The notes beneath the pieces are model-generated. The model did no database searches. It was given only the letters and a program-made list of their open reading frames with translations, and was not told the origin of the DNA. A program made the position numbers and the translations under genes. This document shows, piece after piece, positions 51,801 to 64,000 of a stretch of DNA of 64,000 nucleotides; position 1 is the first letter of the stretch; every line of letters begins with the position of its first letter. Source of the stretch: Eledone cirrhosa (lineage: Eukaryota); NCBI GenBank assembly GCA_964016885.1, contig OZ024742.1, forward strand, positions 312,852,001 through 312,916,000. Direction: 5' to 3'.

Positions 51801-53899
51801 GTCAGGTGAGGTACCAGAGTGGTTGACAAAAGGTACCACAGTTCTGATAATGAAAGACCGAATCAAGAGTAATGATGTTACCAACTATAGACCTATCACA
51901 TGTCTGTCCGTAATGTGGAAACTGTTGACAAGCATTATGTCTGAGGAAATCTACCATCACCTCCACACAAACAACTTGTTACCGGACGAACAGAAAGGAT
52001 GCCGAAAGAAGTCCCGTGGTACAAAGGACCAGTTACTTATTGATAAGATGGTAATGAGGAATTGCAAGAGGAGACACACTGGTCTTGCCATGGGATGGAT
52101 AGACTACAAAAAGGCATTTGACATGGTGCCTCATTCTTGGATCACCAAAAGCCTAGAGATCTTCAAGGTGGCAGATAACATCAGACAGTTGTTGGGCAAA
52201 AGTATGAAGTCCTGGGAAACAGAGTTAACATCAGCTGGAGAATCCTTGGGAGGCGTGAAGATCAAGAGAGGTATCTTCCAGGGAGATAGTCTGTCCCCTC
52301 TGTTGTTTGTCCTTGCCCTGATGCCCCTGACCATTATACTGTGAAAAGTGAGAGCAGGATACAAGTTGGGAAAGGGAGAGCTTACCATCAATCACCTCCT
52401 CTTCATGGACGATCTTAAGCTCTTCGGGAAGAGTGAGAAGGAGTTGGATGTGCTTGTTGACACTGTCCATATTTTCAGCAATGATATATGTAGGCAATTT
52501 GGTATTAGTAAGTGTGGAGTCCTTGTGATGAAGAGGGGTTTAATGAGCAGAAGTAACGGAATCCAGGTACCAACAGGTGAGATGATAAAGGAAATTGACA
52601 CTGAAGAAGGATACAAGTATTTGGGTGTTCTGGAGGCTGATGACATCAAGAACAAAAAAATGAAGGAATTGATAAGAACTGAATACATTCGGACAGTAAG
52701 GAGCATATTAAAGTCACATCTGAACAGTAGGAATGCCATAAGTGCAGTAAATTCCCGAGCTGTGTCTATTATTAGGTACAGTGCGGGAATTCTGAGATGG
52801 AATGTTGCTGAACAAAAAGAAATGGATAGGAAGACTAGGAAGCTATTGACTATCTACAACATGTTCCACAAGAGGAGTGATGTCGACAGACTCTACTTAA
52901 GGAGATCTGAAGGTGGAAGAGGTCTTATCAGCATAGAGGACTGTGTTCAGATGGAGAAAAACAACCTACACAAATACGTGAGCCAATGCTCAGAACTGTA
53001 CTGAAGGAGAGGACAATAGACCAGGGGAATGTCCAAGGAGGAAATAAAAAGGAGAAAGAGCAGCCTTCAGGAAAAATCCCTTCATAGTACCTTCTTTGAG
53101 AAAACTGAATTCAGAGATCCACAGACATGGAACTGGTTGAAAAGAGGAGACCTTAAAAAGGCTACAGAAGGAATGTTAATGGCTGCGCAAGAGCAGGCCC
53201 TCAAAACAAAGTGGTTGAAGCACCATATTTACAAGGAGGAGGCTAGCCCACTGTGCAGGATCTGTGGAGAGAGAGAGGAGACTGTGGCTCACATTGTATC
53301 TGAGTGTAAACACCTAGCCCAGACTCACTATAAGGGCTGGAGACATGATGTGATGGGCAGGGTGATCCACTGGCACCTATGCAAAGTAAACAATTTACCA
53401 CATTCTGAGAAGTGGTATGAGCATAAGCAGAGTCGGTGATAGAAAACGATCAGGTGAAGGTGCTGTGGGATTTTAGGATACAGACGGACAAGAAACTGGA
53501 ACACAATAGACCTGACCTGGTGGTTGTGGACAAAGAAAAAAGATTGTGCCTGATTGTGGATGTGGCCTGCCCATTCGACACGAGAGTGCAAGAGAAGGAG
53601 AGGGAGAAAATTAACCGATACCAGGACTTAAAGTGGGCGGTAAAAAGGATTTGGAACTGCCATGAAGTCAAAGTGGTCCCGATTGTCATAGGCGCACTAG
53701 GTACTATCTCAAAAAGTTTCCAGGGATGGTTAAAGAAAATTGGCCCCGCCACGCTTTTTGGAACGCTTCAAAAGGCATGCTTGCTGGGAACAGCAAGAAC
53801 CCTCCGATACGTCCTGAATATCTGAGGCTGCAGGTAGTGGCTTGATATTCATTTCAACAAACTTTCCAGTTAACTAACATCAATGACTGAGACTCAAAG
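51801..53899 (+). mobile_element. Second, disrupted R4/Dong-like element in (TAA)n
   Basis: Colinear with 43663-45777; CGA>TGA at 52342, ~13-bp deletion near 52981, frameshift near 53426; (TAA)n flanks. Confidence 0.9.
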
Positions 53900-54160
53900 A
53901 ATAATAATAATAATAATAATAATACAAATTTATCTCCTTGGGGCCAAGATGTGTACAATGTTAGGACAAAAAATTATAATAATGATTTCTTTATATAAGG
54001 CAAAAAAGAGCAAAGCAAAGAAAAAAAAAATATTAATAATAACGATAATAATTTAACTAACATCAATGACTGAGACTCAAAGAGTAATAACAATAAAATA
54101 ATATATATATATATATCATCATTTCATCATCATCATTTTACAGCCGCTTTTCCCTGCTTG

Positions 54161-54206
<46 letters not shown>

Positions 54207-54804
54207 AATGATGAATAAGGCAAAAAAGGAAAGGGAATATAAAAAAAAACTAGGAAGAAAGGAATGAAGAAGAAGAAAAAGCAAAAAAAGAAATCAAGAA
54301 ATATATATAAAAATATAACAAAAAAGTGAATGAACAACAAAATATCTTCACAACATACAGAATAGAAAACAGGTCAGAATTTCACTAGCAACTAAAATAA
54401 ACATATATCTAAATAAAATATATATAAAAACAATAACAAGCAACAAGAAAATGGGGTCAGTTACTCATCTGTCAGACAAAGCTTGGTGTGTTTTGACACA
54501 CCTGATCCATTCTTTTCTTATAAATATTATTTTCTCAATTGACAAGATAAATAATATAGAAAATAGACAGACAGACAGAAAGAAAGAAAAGTGAACACAT
54601 AGGATAGTGATGATGATGATGATGATGATGTTGTAGTTACTGAAACTGCTGATGATGATAGTTGCTATATTTTGTTTACATGGGCAAAAAAAAACCCCAA
54701 AACAAATGAAATAAAATAAAATTAAAATAAAGAATAAAGATAAAGATTGCAAAACAAAAAAAAAACAAAAATATAAAGATGGCAAGAAATATGATGTATA
54801 TAAT

Positions 54805-55920
54805 ATTGATTTCTACTTAAGGCACAAGGTCTTTTGAGGGGTAGGGTAGAATCGATTAAATCTGCCCCAATTGTTGATTGATAATGTAGTTTATTGAACA
54901 TGAAAAGATGAAAGTCAAAGTTGATCATGGCACGGTTTGAACTCAGAATGTAAAGAGCCAACAAAATACTACTATGTTGGTTGTCTGACACTTTAATTCT
55001 GATAATTAATGATGATGATGGCAACAATAATAATGGTTTGGAATTTAGGCACAAGGCCAACAATTTTGGGGAAGAGAAAGTTGATTAAATCAACTCCAGT
55101 GCATAACTGGTATTTTATTTTATCAACCATGTAAAGATGAAAAGCAAAGTTGACCTCAGTGGGATTTGAACTCAGAACGTAAAGGGCCATATCTATATGT
55201 TGCCTAGCATGGTGTCTGATGCTCTACTGATACTACCAATCCACCAATAATAATTGTTTCTACTTCTTGTACAAGGCCAGCAATTACTCAGTGCATTACT
55301 GGTACTTTATTTTATCGACCCTGTAAGGATGAAAGGCAAAGATAACCTCGGCGGGATTTGAACTCAGAATAGCAAGGGCCGTAACTCTATGTGTCAAAGC
55401 ATGGCATCCGACCCTCTCCCGATACTGCCAATCCACCAATAATAATAAGGGTTTCTTATTTAGGCACAAAGCCAGCAATTTGGAGGGGGGTCAAGTCGAT
55501 GAAACTGACTCCAATGCATTACTGGTATTTTATTTTATCGAGTCTGTAAGGATGAAAAGCAAAGCTAACCTTGGCAGGATTTGAACTCAGAACATAAAGG
55601 ACCATAACTCTGTGCTGCAAAGCATGGTATCTGATGCTCTAGCAATACTGCTAAACCATATCAATAATAATAATAATTGTTTCTACTTTTGGCACAAGGC
55701 CAGCAATTACCCAGTGCATTACTGGTACTTTATTTTATCGACCCTGTAAGGATGAAAGGCAAAGTTAACCTCAGCGGAATTTGAACTCAGACCATAAAGG
55801 GACGTAACTATGCTGGAAAGCATGGCGTCCGACCCTCTACCGATACTGCCAATCCCCAAACCATAGCAATAATAATAATAATTGTTTCTACTTTAGGCAC
55901 AAGGCCAGCAATTACCCAGT
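54805..55920 (-). mobile_element. Head-to-tail array of ~5.5 SINE B copies of differing divergence
   Basis: Repeated (AAT)n-TGTTTCTACTT..GCACAAGGCC..GATGAAAGGCAAAG..TTTGAACTCAGA..GCCAATCCACC units. Confidence 0.88.
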
Positions 55921-56059
55921 AATAATGATTTCATTTATTTGCCACAAGGACACTAGAAGAAAGGGACATTACAAGGACAGATAACAGGGTATAGAGGTTT
56001 ACATAGAGTATTAAATGATTGATTAATGATTTGAAAAAAAAAGGGGGTTATGTAACATA

Positions 56060-56257
56060 TGAGGGTGGGCTGAAAAGTTCATAGGCTGATTATGAAAGTG
56101 CAATGCTAGAGCTGCACAATCTTGCATATATTAATTTCAACTTTTCTTGTTAATAATTGCATTGTTTCTTTCCAGGGACTATGTTGAAAAAGAAACCTCA
56201 TTTGGTCATTCCATGAGAGCATCTTGGTCAGCCTATGAACTTTTCAGCCAACCCTCA
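56060..56257. mobile_element. Mariner-type MITE, 198 bp
   Basis: TA flanks; 30-bp TIR TGAGGGTGGGCTGAAAAGTTCATAGGCTGA with 1 mismatch; resembles the TIR of 358-1273. Confidence 0.88.
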
Positions 56258-56574
56258 TACATATATATGTGCAGTATATATAGTACATATAATAAAGCAG
56301 TCCGCCTTATACAGATGAACGTTAAAAAAGGAATGAGTGAGGAACCCCACTAGTCCACGGTTACCATGACTACAAAGGGCAAGTGTTCTCTTCACGAAAA
56401 GGGACTCCTTTTCAAATTTACAAGCTTGTACTGAGAGTAGAACTGTTCTCGCACACACACACACAGACCATATATTAAGAAGAGCACTAACCGAAATGTA
56501 CGATAAAGTTATATTTGTATACAAACAGAGTGTGGAACCGAGACTGCACTAATGTGTATATATATATATATATA

Positions 56575-57300
56575 TAAATATAAAGGTTTACATATACATA
56601 AAGTCATAGATATATATGTTGCAACCGGTCACGTTGTGGCTCAATGAAGAATTAATAAATTATATAATCAGAACAATATATCATAAATCATGTCCTTAGA
56701 ATTATTAGATAAAATATATACCATTTCCTCTCCCAATTAGCATAATTAACCATATAAAAAATCATTTAGACCAGGCTATAAGAATAATGGCTCCTCTGAA
56801 GAAATTTCCGACAAATAACCGAAACCGGCCTCTTCGCGGTGGCCCCAATAGAGTATTTATCCAACATTTTAACAGCATGTAGAAACTGACTAAATATACC
56901 GTCAACCATACACAATTAGGTGTAAATTCAAACTTAGAAGAAATGTGTACATACCGTAATTATATCTCTACCATGGTTTCGTCCGTATTTTTAGACATCC
57001 AATTATCAGGATATATCCGGAGTAACAGACTCATCAGGAGAAAACTCAAAATTAGACATTTAATTTTCCAAAGTGATCGCGCCAAAAATAGATTCAAAAA
57101 TGGCTAAGAATCGTGACGTGGCAGTGATCAAGTCAGAAAGAATGTGATTAGTTGCTTACGGTGGGTAGGCTTGTTGCTAGAAAGCGCAGCCCAATATCGC
57201 CCAATTGTATCTCAACCTAACGGGAGATTATTAAATATAAAGATTTACATATACATAAAGTCATAGATATATATGTTGCAACCGGCCACGTTGTGGCTCA

Positions 57301-57302
<2 letters not shown>
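56575..57302. mobile_element. Non-coding hammerhead-bearing element with 71-bp terminal direct repeats (retrozyme/Penelope-pLTR-like), in (TA)n
   Basis: Direct repeats 56575-56645 and 57232-57302 (2 mismatches, period 657); internal hammerhead; no ORF. Confidence 0.65.
56965..57041 (-). ncRNA. Type-I hammerhead ribozyme with an enlarged stem II
   Basis: Minus strand: TCTC-CTGATGA-GTCTGT-(~38 nt)-ACGGAC-GAAA-CCATGGT-A-GAGA. G10.1-C11.1 pair present, palindromic ACCATGGT stem III, GUA triplet. Confidence 0.8.
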
Positions 57303-57335
<33 letters not shown>

Positions 57336-57802
57336 TATTGAAGATGTAGGCATGTAAACTTGGCAGAAAATACAAATTTCCCTGTAAATTGAGAAAATGA
57401 TTTAATCGATTTTTAAACCTAGTTGGGACCTCATCAGAAGACGTGTACATCAAAACAACCACAAGGAAACATGTATTTGATGAGATTATATACCCATTCA
57501 CTCTTAGTATTATTCTAAAATAGACATTCTAATTTGCACTAATTTACACTCATTTTGATAATTAATTAAGATACATAACGTCTGTCTTCCACATTATGTG
57601 GCTATTAATGTCTGGTTGCATAAGCTTAATTTGGGAAATAGGCAGTCTGCATATAATTTGACAAATTTGAAGGGTGACTATGGTTTGTTTGGCAGGAGTC
57701 ATGGCTACAGATTGTCATTCCGTATTTGCTGTGTGAGGGTGGGTAGGTTGATTGGAGCAATAATGGTCTTATTTATGAGTGTGTGTGTATATATATATAT
57801 AC

Positions 57803-58391
57803 ACAGTCTCATAAACACCATGTGTTTAGATGACCATGGTTCTTATGAGGTTGTTTGCTTACAAACATAGTGAAAATTTATAATAATATAATATAATTGT
57901 TTCTACTTTAGGCACAAGGCCAGCAAATACCCAGTGCATTACTGGTACTTTATTTTATCGACCCTGTAAGGATGAAAGGCAAAGTCAACCTCGGCGGGAT
58001 TTGAACTCAGATTGTAAAGGGACGTAACTATGCTGGAAAGCATGGCATCCGACCCTCTATTGATACTGCCAATCCACCATAATATAATGTTATATATATT
58101 GTGTTACACACAAACAACGGTCAGCAGAGGCCACGTACCGTTCCTCTCCGACAGATAACTTTCTCCCCCGGAAAACCCCCCAGTTGATGGATGCGATATA
58201 TATATATATATATTCCAAACCCATGCTAGCGTGGAAGATGGACGTTAAACGATGATGATGAGATATATATATATATAACATATATATATATATAGCATTA
58301 TATTATATTATTATAAATTTTCACTATGTTTGTAAGCAAACAGCCTCATAAGAAACATGGTCATCTAAACACATGGTGTTTATGAGACTGT
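57803..58391. repeat. ~90-bp inverted repeat pair separated by SINE B and other insertions
   Basis: 57803-57892 versus 58298-58391 are near-exact reverse complements. Confidence 0.8.
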
Positions 58392-59251
58392 TTGCTTGCA
58401 AACAGACCAAATATTAATAATATCATGGCTTAGAGCATTGGCCTTGCAATCGAAAGGTTGTGAGTTCAATTCTCAGACCGAGTGATGTATTGTTTCCTTG
58501 AGCAAGACACTTTATTTCACATTGCTCCAGTTTACTCACCTGTAGAAATGAGATGATAGGGACTGGGGTCCCTATCATTCCACTGCAAAGTGGTTGTGGA
58601 GGTGCCACAACAAAAAAAGCACCCAGCACTCACTGTAAATGAGGTTGGTGTTAGGAAGGGCATCCAGCTGTAGAAATCAAGCCAGAATCAGTTCCTGTCC
58701 CACCCTTGCAAGCAGGGAAAAAGCGGACGTAAAATGAAATGATGATAATGATGATGATGATTCACTCATGAGGGCGGTGGATTGGCAGTATCGGTAGAGA
58801 GCTGAACACCATGCTTCACAGCATAGAGTTACAGTCCTTTACAGTCTGAGTTCAAATCCCGCCGAGGTTAACTTTACCTTTCATTCTTACAGAGTCGATA
58901 AAATAAAGCACCAGTAATGTACTGGGTTTGATTTAATTGATTTTCCCCTCCCCAAAATTACTGGCCTTGTGCTTACACTAGAAATCATCATTATTGGATT
59001 GGCAGTATCGTTAGAGGGTCGGACGCCATGCTTTGCAGTACAGTTACGTCCCTTTACGGTCTGAGTTCAAATCCCGCCGAGGTTAACTTTGCCTTTCATC
59101 CTTACGGGGTCGATAAAATAAAGTACCAGTAATACACTGGGATAATTGCTGGCCTTGTGCCAAAAGTAGAAACAATTATTATTTACTCAAGTATATATAT
59201 ACAATGATATTAAATAAATGGAAACTATATTTATAAAACCATATTTATTCT

Positions 59252-59310
59252 ATTATATATACTGTATTTCAAGGGTACCAAAACTTTGGTATGCTCTCAT
59301 CAGATAAAAT
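59252..59310 (-). ncRNA. Degenerate hammerhead candidate
   Basis: CTGATGA-GAGC[ATACCAAAGTTTTGGTAC]CCTT-GAAA-TACAGTAT-A; stem I poor. Confidence 0.45.
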
Positions 59311-60979
59311 ACAAAGTTTGTTTTATAAATATTGACATATCCAGGAAGGAGATCTTAACGGTTCAAGTTTTTTCTGGATTTAATATCATTGAATATTATA
59401 CTCCAGAAAACTTGTCGAGTGCTTCGAATCAGTTATAAACATAAATATTTGTTGAATTACCAACACATTAAATATCCCTTTTGCTTATATATATATATAT
59501 ATGGTCATGTAGGCATCATGACAAAAAGTGCCCAGCCCACACTGTAAAGTATTCATGTAAGTGTCATGACAAAAAGCATCTGGCACACACTGTAAATGTG
59601 GTTGGTGTCTGAAAAGGGCGTCCAGCCATAGAAACCAAGCCAAAACTAGTTCTGTATGGGCAAGACATGGTCATCTGACTTGGCTTGTCTTACAATGGGG
59701 CAACTTGGTTAACCCATGCTAATATTGAAAAATGGACGTTAAACAGTGATTATCTATGTATGTATGTATATATGTATGGACCCATAACCTCTTATGGAGT
59801 TGTAAGGACCCCGTTATGACATATGGTGTATCTTGAGCATTATCTCCAAGTCTGAAAACAGCTGATTTATTTCAAAATGAGAGAAAGAGAGAGTACAATT
59901 TTTTATTGACCTCAAAAGGATGAAAGGAAAAGTTGACCTTGGTGAGATTTGAACTCAGAGAGCTGAGAGCTGGACCGAATGCCACCAAATCTACTTTGGG
60001 TTTTCTTTATTTACTAAAACAGACAAGTAAATGCTTCAAAATATCTAAACCACTTTGAGCCCTTTTATTTGTATTCAAAAATAGTCTTTCGAATTTAATG
60101 CTTTGTACATCAGAGATTTCATTTGTGCAGAAGGAAAAAAAAAAATTCTTTCCACCCTCTTTCACTGACAACATATTTAACATTTCAACTGGCCATTGTC
60201 CACAGGAATGTTTTTGTGGTCTTGTCTGCAGGGCACATCCCCACCCTAAGCCTAGAGCCTGCCACCCTCCCCACCCATCCCATTCTTCTGTGACCCTAGA
60301 GCCCTTATCTTTCCCTCCCTTTTCCATTTTCGTGACCACAAAAGACATTTGCATTTTTACAATAAAACCTTTTTCAACATTTGTATTGGCTATATGAAGT
60401 GGTTAAAAACCACTGGGACAAAGCTTTATCCCAAAACCACGTACTTCCCTACTGAATATCTTCAAACACAGACACTATTTTGGACCAGAAAATGTTGCTG
60501 CTGTAACAAATAGCAATTGTTATTCTATCTCATAAAGCTGCCATAGGTGAGAGCATTAGTAGCAATGTAAACAAACTGTTATCATCATCTTCCTCATCGT
60601 CATTATCATCTCCTTCTCTATTTAAGTATTATTTGCTTTCTCTCATTATCTACATGACAAGTTTCTCTCTTTGGTGTTCTCAAATTTTCTATCTTTCTCT
60701 ATTCCACTTTCTCTCTTGTATATTGTTTTTACATACTATCTGTTTCTCTTTTTCATTGTCTCTCTTTCCCTAGAGAGCAGAGAAAATGGTCAAATATTCT
60801 TTTTCATAAGAATACTGAAATATAAAAAAATTCAATTCATAAACCTTACTGCTTTACATATCAAAATAAATGCTACTGGAACCTTCCCTGTGAGGTGACA
60901 AGTAATAATATATGTAGTTTTATGGGTGTTCCTTTGATAGTTTTTGAATAAAATGTGGACACCCACACAGATAACTTAC

Positions 60980-61073
<94 letters not shown>

Positions 61074-61577
61074 ATGTGTGTGTGTATGTGTGTGCATGTG
61101 TATACACACATACAAACGCATACACACATATTCACATGAATGATGAAACATGCAACCACATATGTATACAAAATGCTATCACAAATACCAAAGCTTGTAA
61201 AATGATCTTTTTGAGCAAAAGCTACTGGAGCATAACATTTTGTTAGAGGAGAGCAGAATAAAATACAGTCACTTGAGTATACAAACATACATAGGCACAC
61301 ACACACATTCATCTTGTCAAGATTGTACAGGACAAAAGCATATTTACGACTATATACAGAAATGTATAGACAAGCATACATAAGATCTTCACACAGACAC
61401 ACTAACATAATTTTCTTAGTTGTTTTATAGTACAGACAATTAAACATAGTGTGCCACAAACTCTTAAACTGTTTAGAAAGTGTTCGATGACCATAAGACA
61501 TAGTTTGAAATCTAAAGTAATTTATAGAGATAATCTTTAATTAAATAATGTTTCCAGCATATATATATATATATATG

Positions 61578-62060
61578 TGAAGGCAGATGGCTTAGGGGTT
61601 AGAGCATTGGGCTTGCAATCGAAATGTTGTGAGTTCAATTCTCAAACCGGGTGATGTGTTGTTTCCTTGAGCAATACACATTATTTCACATTGTTCCAGT
61701 TTACTCAGCTGTAGAAATGAGATGATAGGACTGGGGTCCCTATCATTCCACTGCAAAGTAGTCGTGGAGGTGCCACGGCAAAAAAGCACCCAGCACTCAC
61801 TGTAAAGTGGACATGTAGGCATCACGGGAAAAAAAGCACCCAGCACTCACTGTAAAGTGGACATGTAGGCGTCACGGGAAAAAAGCACCCAGCACTCACT
61901 GTAAATGAGGTTGGTGTTAGGAAGGGCATTCAGCTGTAGAAATCAAGCCAGAATCAGCTCCCGTATGAGCAAGACAAGGTCAGCCGATCGGACACAACAG
62001 GACTACCCGTCTAGCCCATGCTAGTGTGGAAGAACAGACATAAAATGGTGATGATGATGA
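61578..62060 (+). mobile_element. Full SINE family A with long RTE-type tail and internal ~50-bp duplications
   Basis: tRNA-like head; AAAAAAGCACCCAGCACTCACTGTAAA x3; tail matches the reverse complement of 1723-1990. Confidence 0.88.
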
Positions 62061-62156
62061 TATATATATATTTATATACATATATATCTATTTGTAACCT
62101 AATATATACCTTTCATATACTGTACCAATGGTGTTGTTATTTCTGTTTACCTTTTA

Positions 62157-62187
<31 letters not shown>

Positions 62188-62280
62188 ATATATATATATA
62201 TATATGTCTAATGGGAGCTAAGATGCTTCCATAGGCAGTATGCTGGTTGAGCACTCTATGCTCCTATGGAGCAGAGTATG

Positions 62281-62600
62281 ATAGAATGGAAAACGAAAAA
62301 TGAGTGATGTATCGGAACTCAATTTATTGTGTGTTACAATTGTTTCCCCGGCGGACAGCTCGAGTTGCGATCTATGTGTGGATCGACCTGACTCTGGACT
62401 CGCAGGTTCCTCGAACACGTCTATTGATTTCGGAGGATATGCTCCCAAATCAATAGACGTGTCTCCGGGGAACCTGCGAGTCCAGAGTCAGGTCGAGCCA
62501 CACACACAGATCGCACTTTGAGCTGTTCACTGGGGAAACAATTGTAACACACAATAAATTGAGTTCCGATACATCACTCATTTTTCGTTTTCCATTCTAT
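62281..62600. repeat. ~320-bp hairpin element with degenerate hammerhead motifs on both arms
   Basis: ATAGAATGGAAAACG.. / ..CGTTTTCCATTCTAT; GAAACAATTGTA stem-III-like motif; core altered (TCGAGGA / CCGGGGA). Confidence 0.8.
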
Positions 62601-62688
62601 ATATATATAAATATATAATTGGTGTAGGATGCTTAAAGTGTCCGTAAGCAGTAGGCCATTTAAGCACTCGATGCTCTTACAGAGTATG

Positions 62689-62950
62689 ATATCACATAAG
62701 AAACGAAGAATCAGTGTTGTGATGAATAAAATTTATTAGACATATTACAATCGTTTCTCTGGCGATCAGCTCGAGGCACGATCGATGTAATGATCGAACC
62801 TGACTCTGAAATCGCAAGGTCCTCAGATACGTCTCGATTCTACAAAGCAGAGTTTCAAAAAAACTCTGCTTCGTAGCTGATCGCCAGAGAAACGATTGTA
62901 ATATGTCTAATAAATTTTATTCATCGCAACACTGATTCTCCGTTTCTTAT

Positions 62951-62957
<7 letters not shown>
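62689..62957. repeat. Second, related hairpin element (83-bp arms)
   Basis: 62689-62771 versus 62875-62957; homologous to 62281-62600. Confidence 0.8.
62738..62834 (-). ncRNA. Type-I hammerhead with long branched stem II
   Basis: Minus strand: AGACGTAT-CTGAGGA-CCTTGCGAT..ATCGCCAGA-GAAA-CGATTGT-A-ATATGTCT. 8-bp stem I, GUA triplet; base of stem II is mismatched. Confidence 0.62.
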
Positions 62958-63013
<56 letters not shown>

Positions 63014-63014
63014 C

Positions 63015-63280
63015 AACATATTTGTAGGTAAAAGTGATAACAAAAATATCAAAACAAATGTCACAGTACATGGAAGAAATATATTAGCTTAACGCTTGAA
63101 TTAACAAGAAGAGAGTCTTAACATTTCGGACACTAGTCTTTCATCAGAAGATAGAGTTAGAAATAGACGATACATATAAAGTAAAGTATGATGAGAGGAA
63201 GGAATGGAAAAAATGAGAACAAAATTGGGGAGAAAAAAACACATGTGTGTATTCAGTCGGCCATCTTATTTCATTTTTGT
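63015..63280 (-). mobile_element. Hammerhead-bearing short repeat homologous to ~42890-43140
   Basis: Reverse complement shares AGATGG..ACT(T)GAAT, AATTTTGTTCTCATTT and CTGATGAA.GA..TCCGAAA.GTTAAGACTC. Confidence 0.6.
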
Positions 63281-64000
63281 ATTTGTTTTGCATTGATGTG
63301 AAATCATGTGTTGAAACAAATTTTGTTATACTATGAGAGGGTCATGCTTCCCATAAAAACATATACACCAGTTGAATTTCACTTCAGTTTATCATTAATT
63401 GAGTAACTAATCCATTCCTTGGTTAATTTAGTAACTCTATGATTGTTTAATTGAAAACTCTTTTGTTACACATCCTGTGACCTCCTCAACAAATATTCTT
63501 GTTTCTCTGTGTCTCACACATTTGATTGTATATCTGTCAATTTGAGTAGATGCTCCCTCTGTTTGGTCTGTTTGGGATATTTCCTCTGTTTCTTACCTAT
63601 TCTTCCCATTCAGCAACCTCTTGTAGTAACATTTCCATAATTCTTTCTTCTTAGTACCGATGAGAAGAAGTGTGCTATTAATATTACACACACACACACA
63701 CTTCACTAATGACTCTCTTATTCACACTCACATACTACTTTAAACTCCACAACATCTCACACCTCTCATCACAGAACATTGACAAACCTCTTACTTTGTG
63801 CTTCTCTCCTAGCAACTTGAAATTATTCCTTGGTTTTCTCTTTTCTTCCATTATTTCCAGGACAATATCTTAACTCCTATGGTTCTATATACTTTATCCT
63901 TCCACAAACATGTTCTGTTCTATTTAAGTGGAACCTTCCTCCATTTGCAGGTCTACTGAGTGGCTTCCAGCAAGTTATCTAATGAAACATTCCAATTATC

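Noticed and set aside
57399-57443. Minus-strand CTGATGAGGTCC..AAAATCGATTA hammerhead candidate
   Set aside because: GAAA core and the 3' strand of stem II are lost; at most a dead relic, so not called as a feature.

Overview
AT-rich, repeat-saturated animal genomic DNA. The SINE, RTE and microsatellite make-up resembles octopus/cephalopod genomes (an inference from repeat style, not a database match). I find no host protein-coding gene I can support. The window holds an apparently intact RTE-clade LINE (- strand, 1002-aa APE-RT ORF with a PHD-like finger and 4x98-bp 5' repeats) and an internally deleted mariner. It also holds a (TAA)n-associated nest at 43.4-54.1 kb: two Dong/R4-like RLE retrotransposons flanking a full-length Tx1/L1-clade element. 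Two abundant tRNA-derived SINE families share 3' tails with the RTE and (more weakly) the Tx1 element. There are TTAA- and TA-flanked MITEs, decayed CRE-like, Vingi-like and RTE fragments, and large mini/microsatellites. The least obvious layer is a set of minimal type-I hammerhead ribozyme motifs (about 4 well-formed, several degenerate) in small non-coding palindromic or direct-repeat elements. One is a 728-bp retrozyme-like unit with 71-bp terminal direct repeats. All folds and alignments were done by eye.
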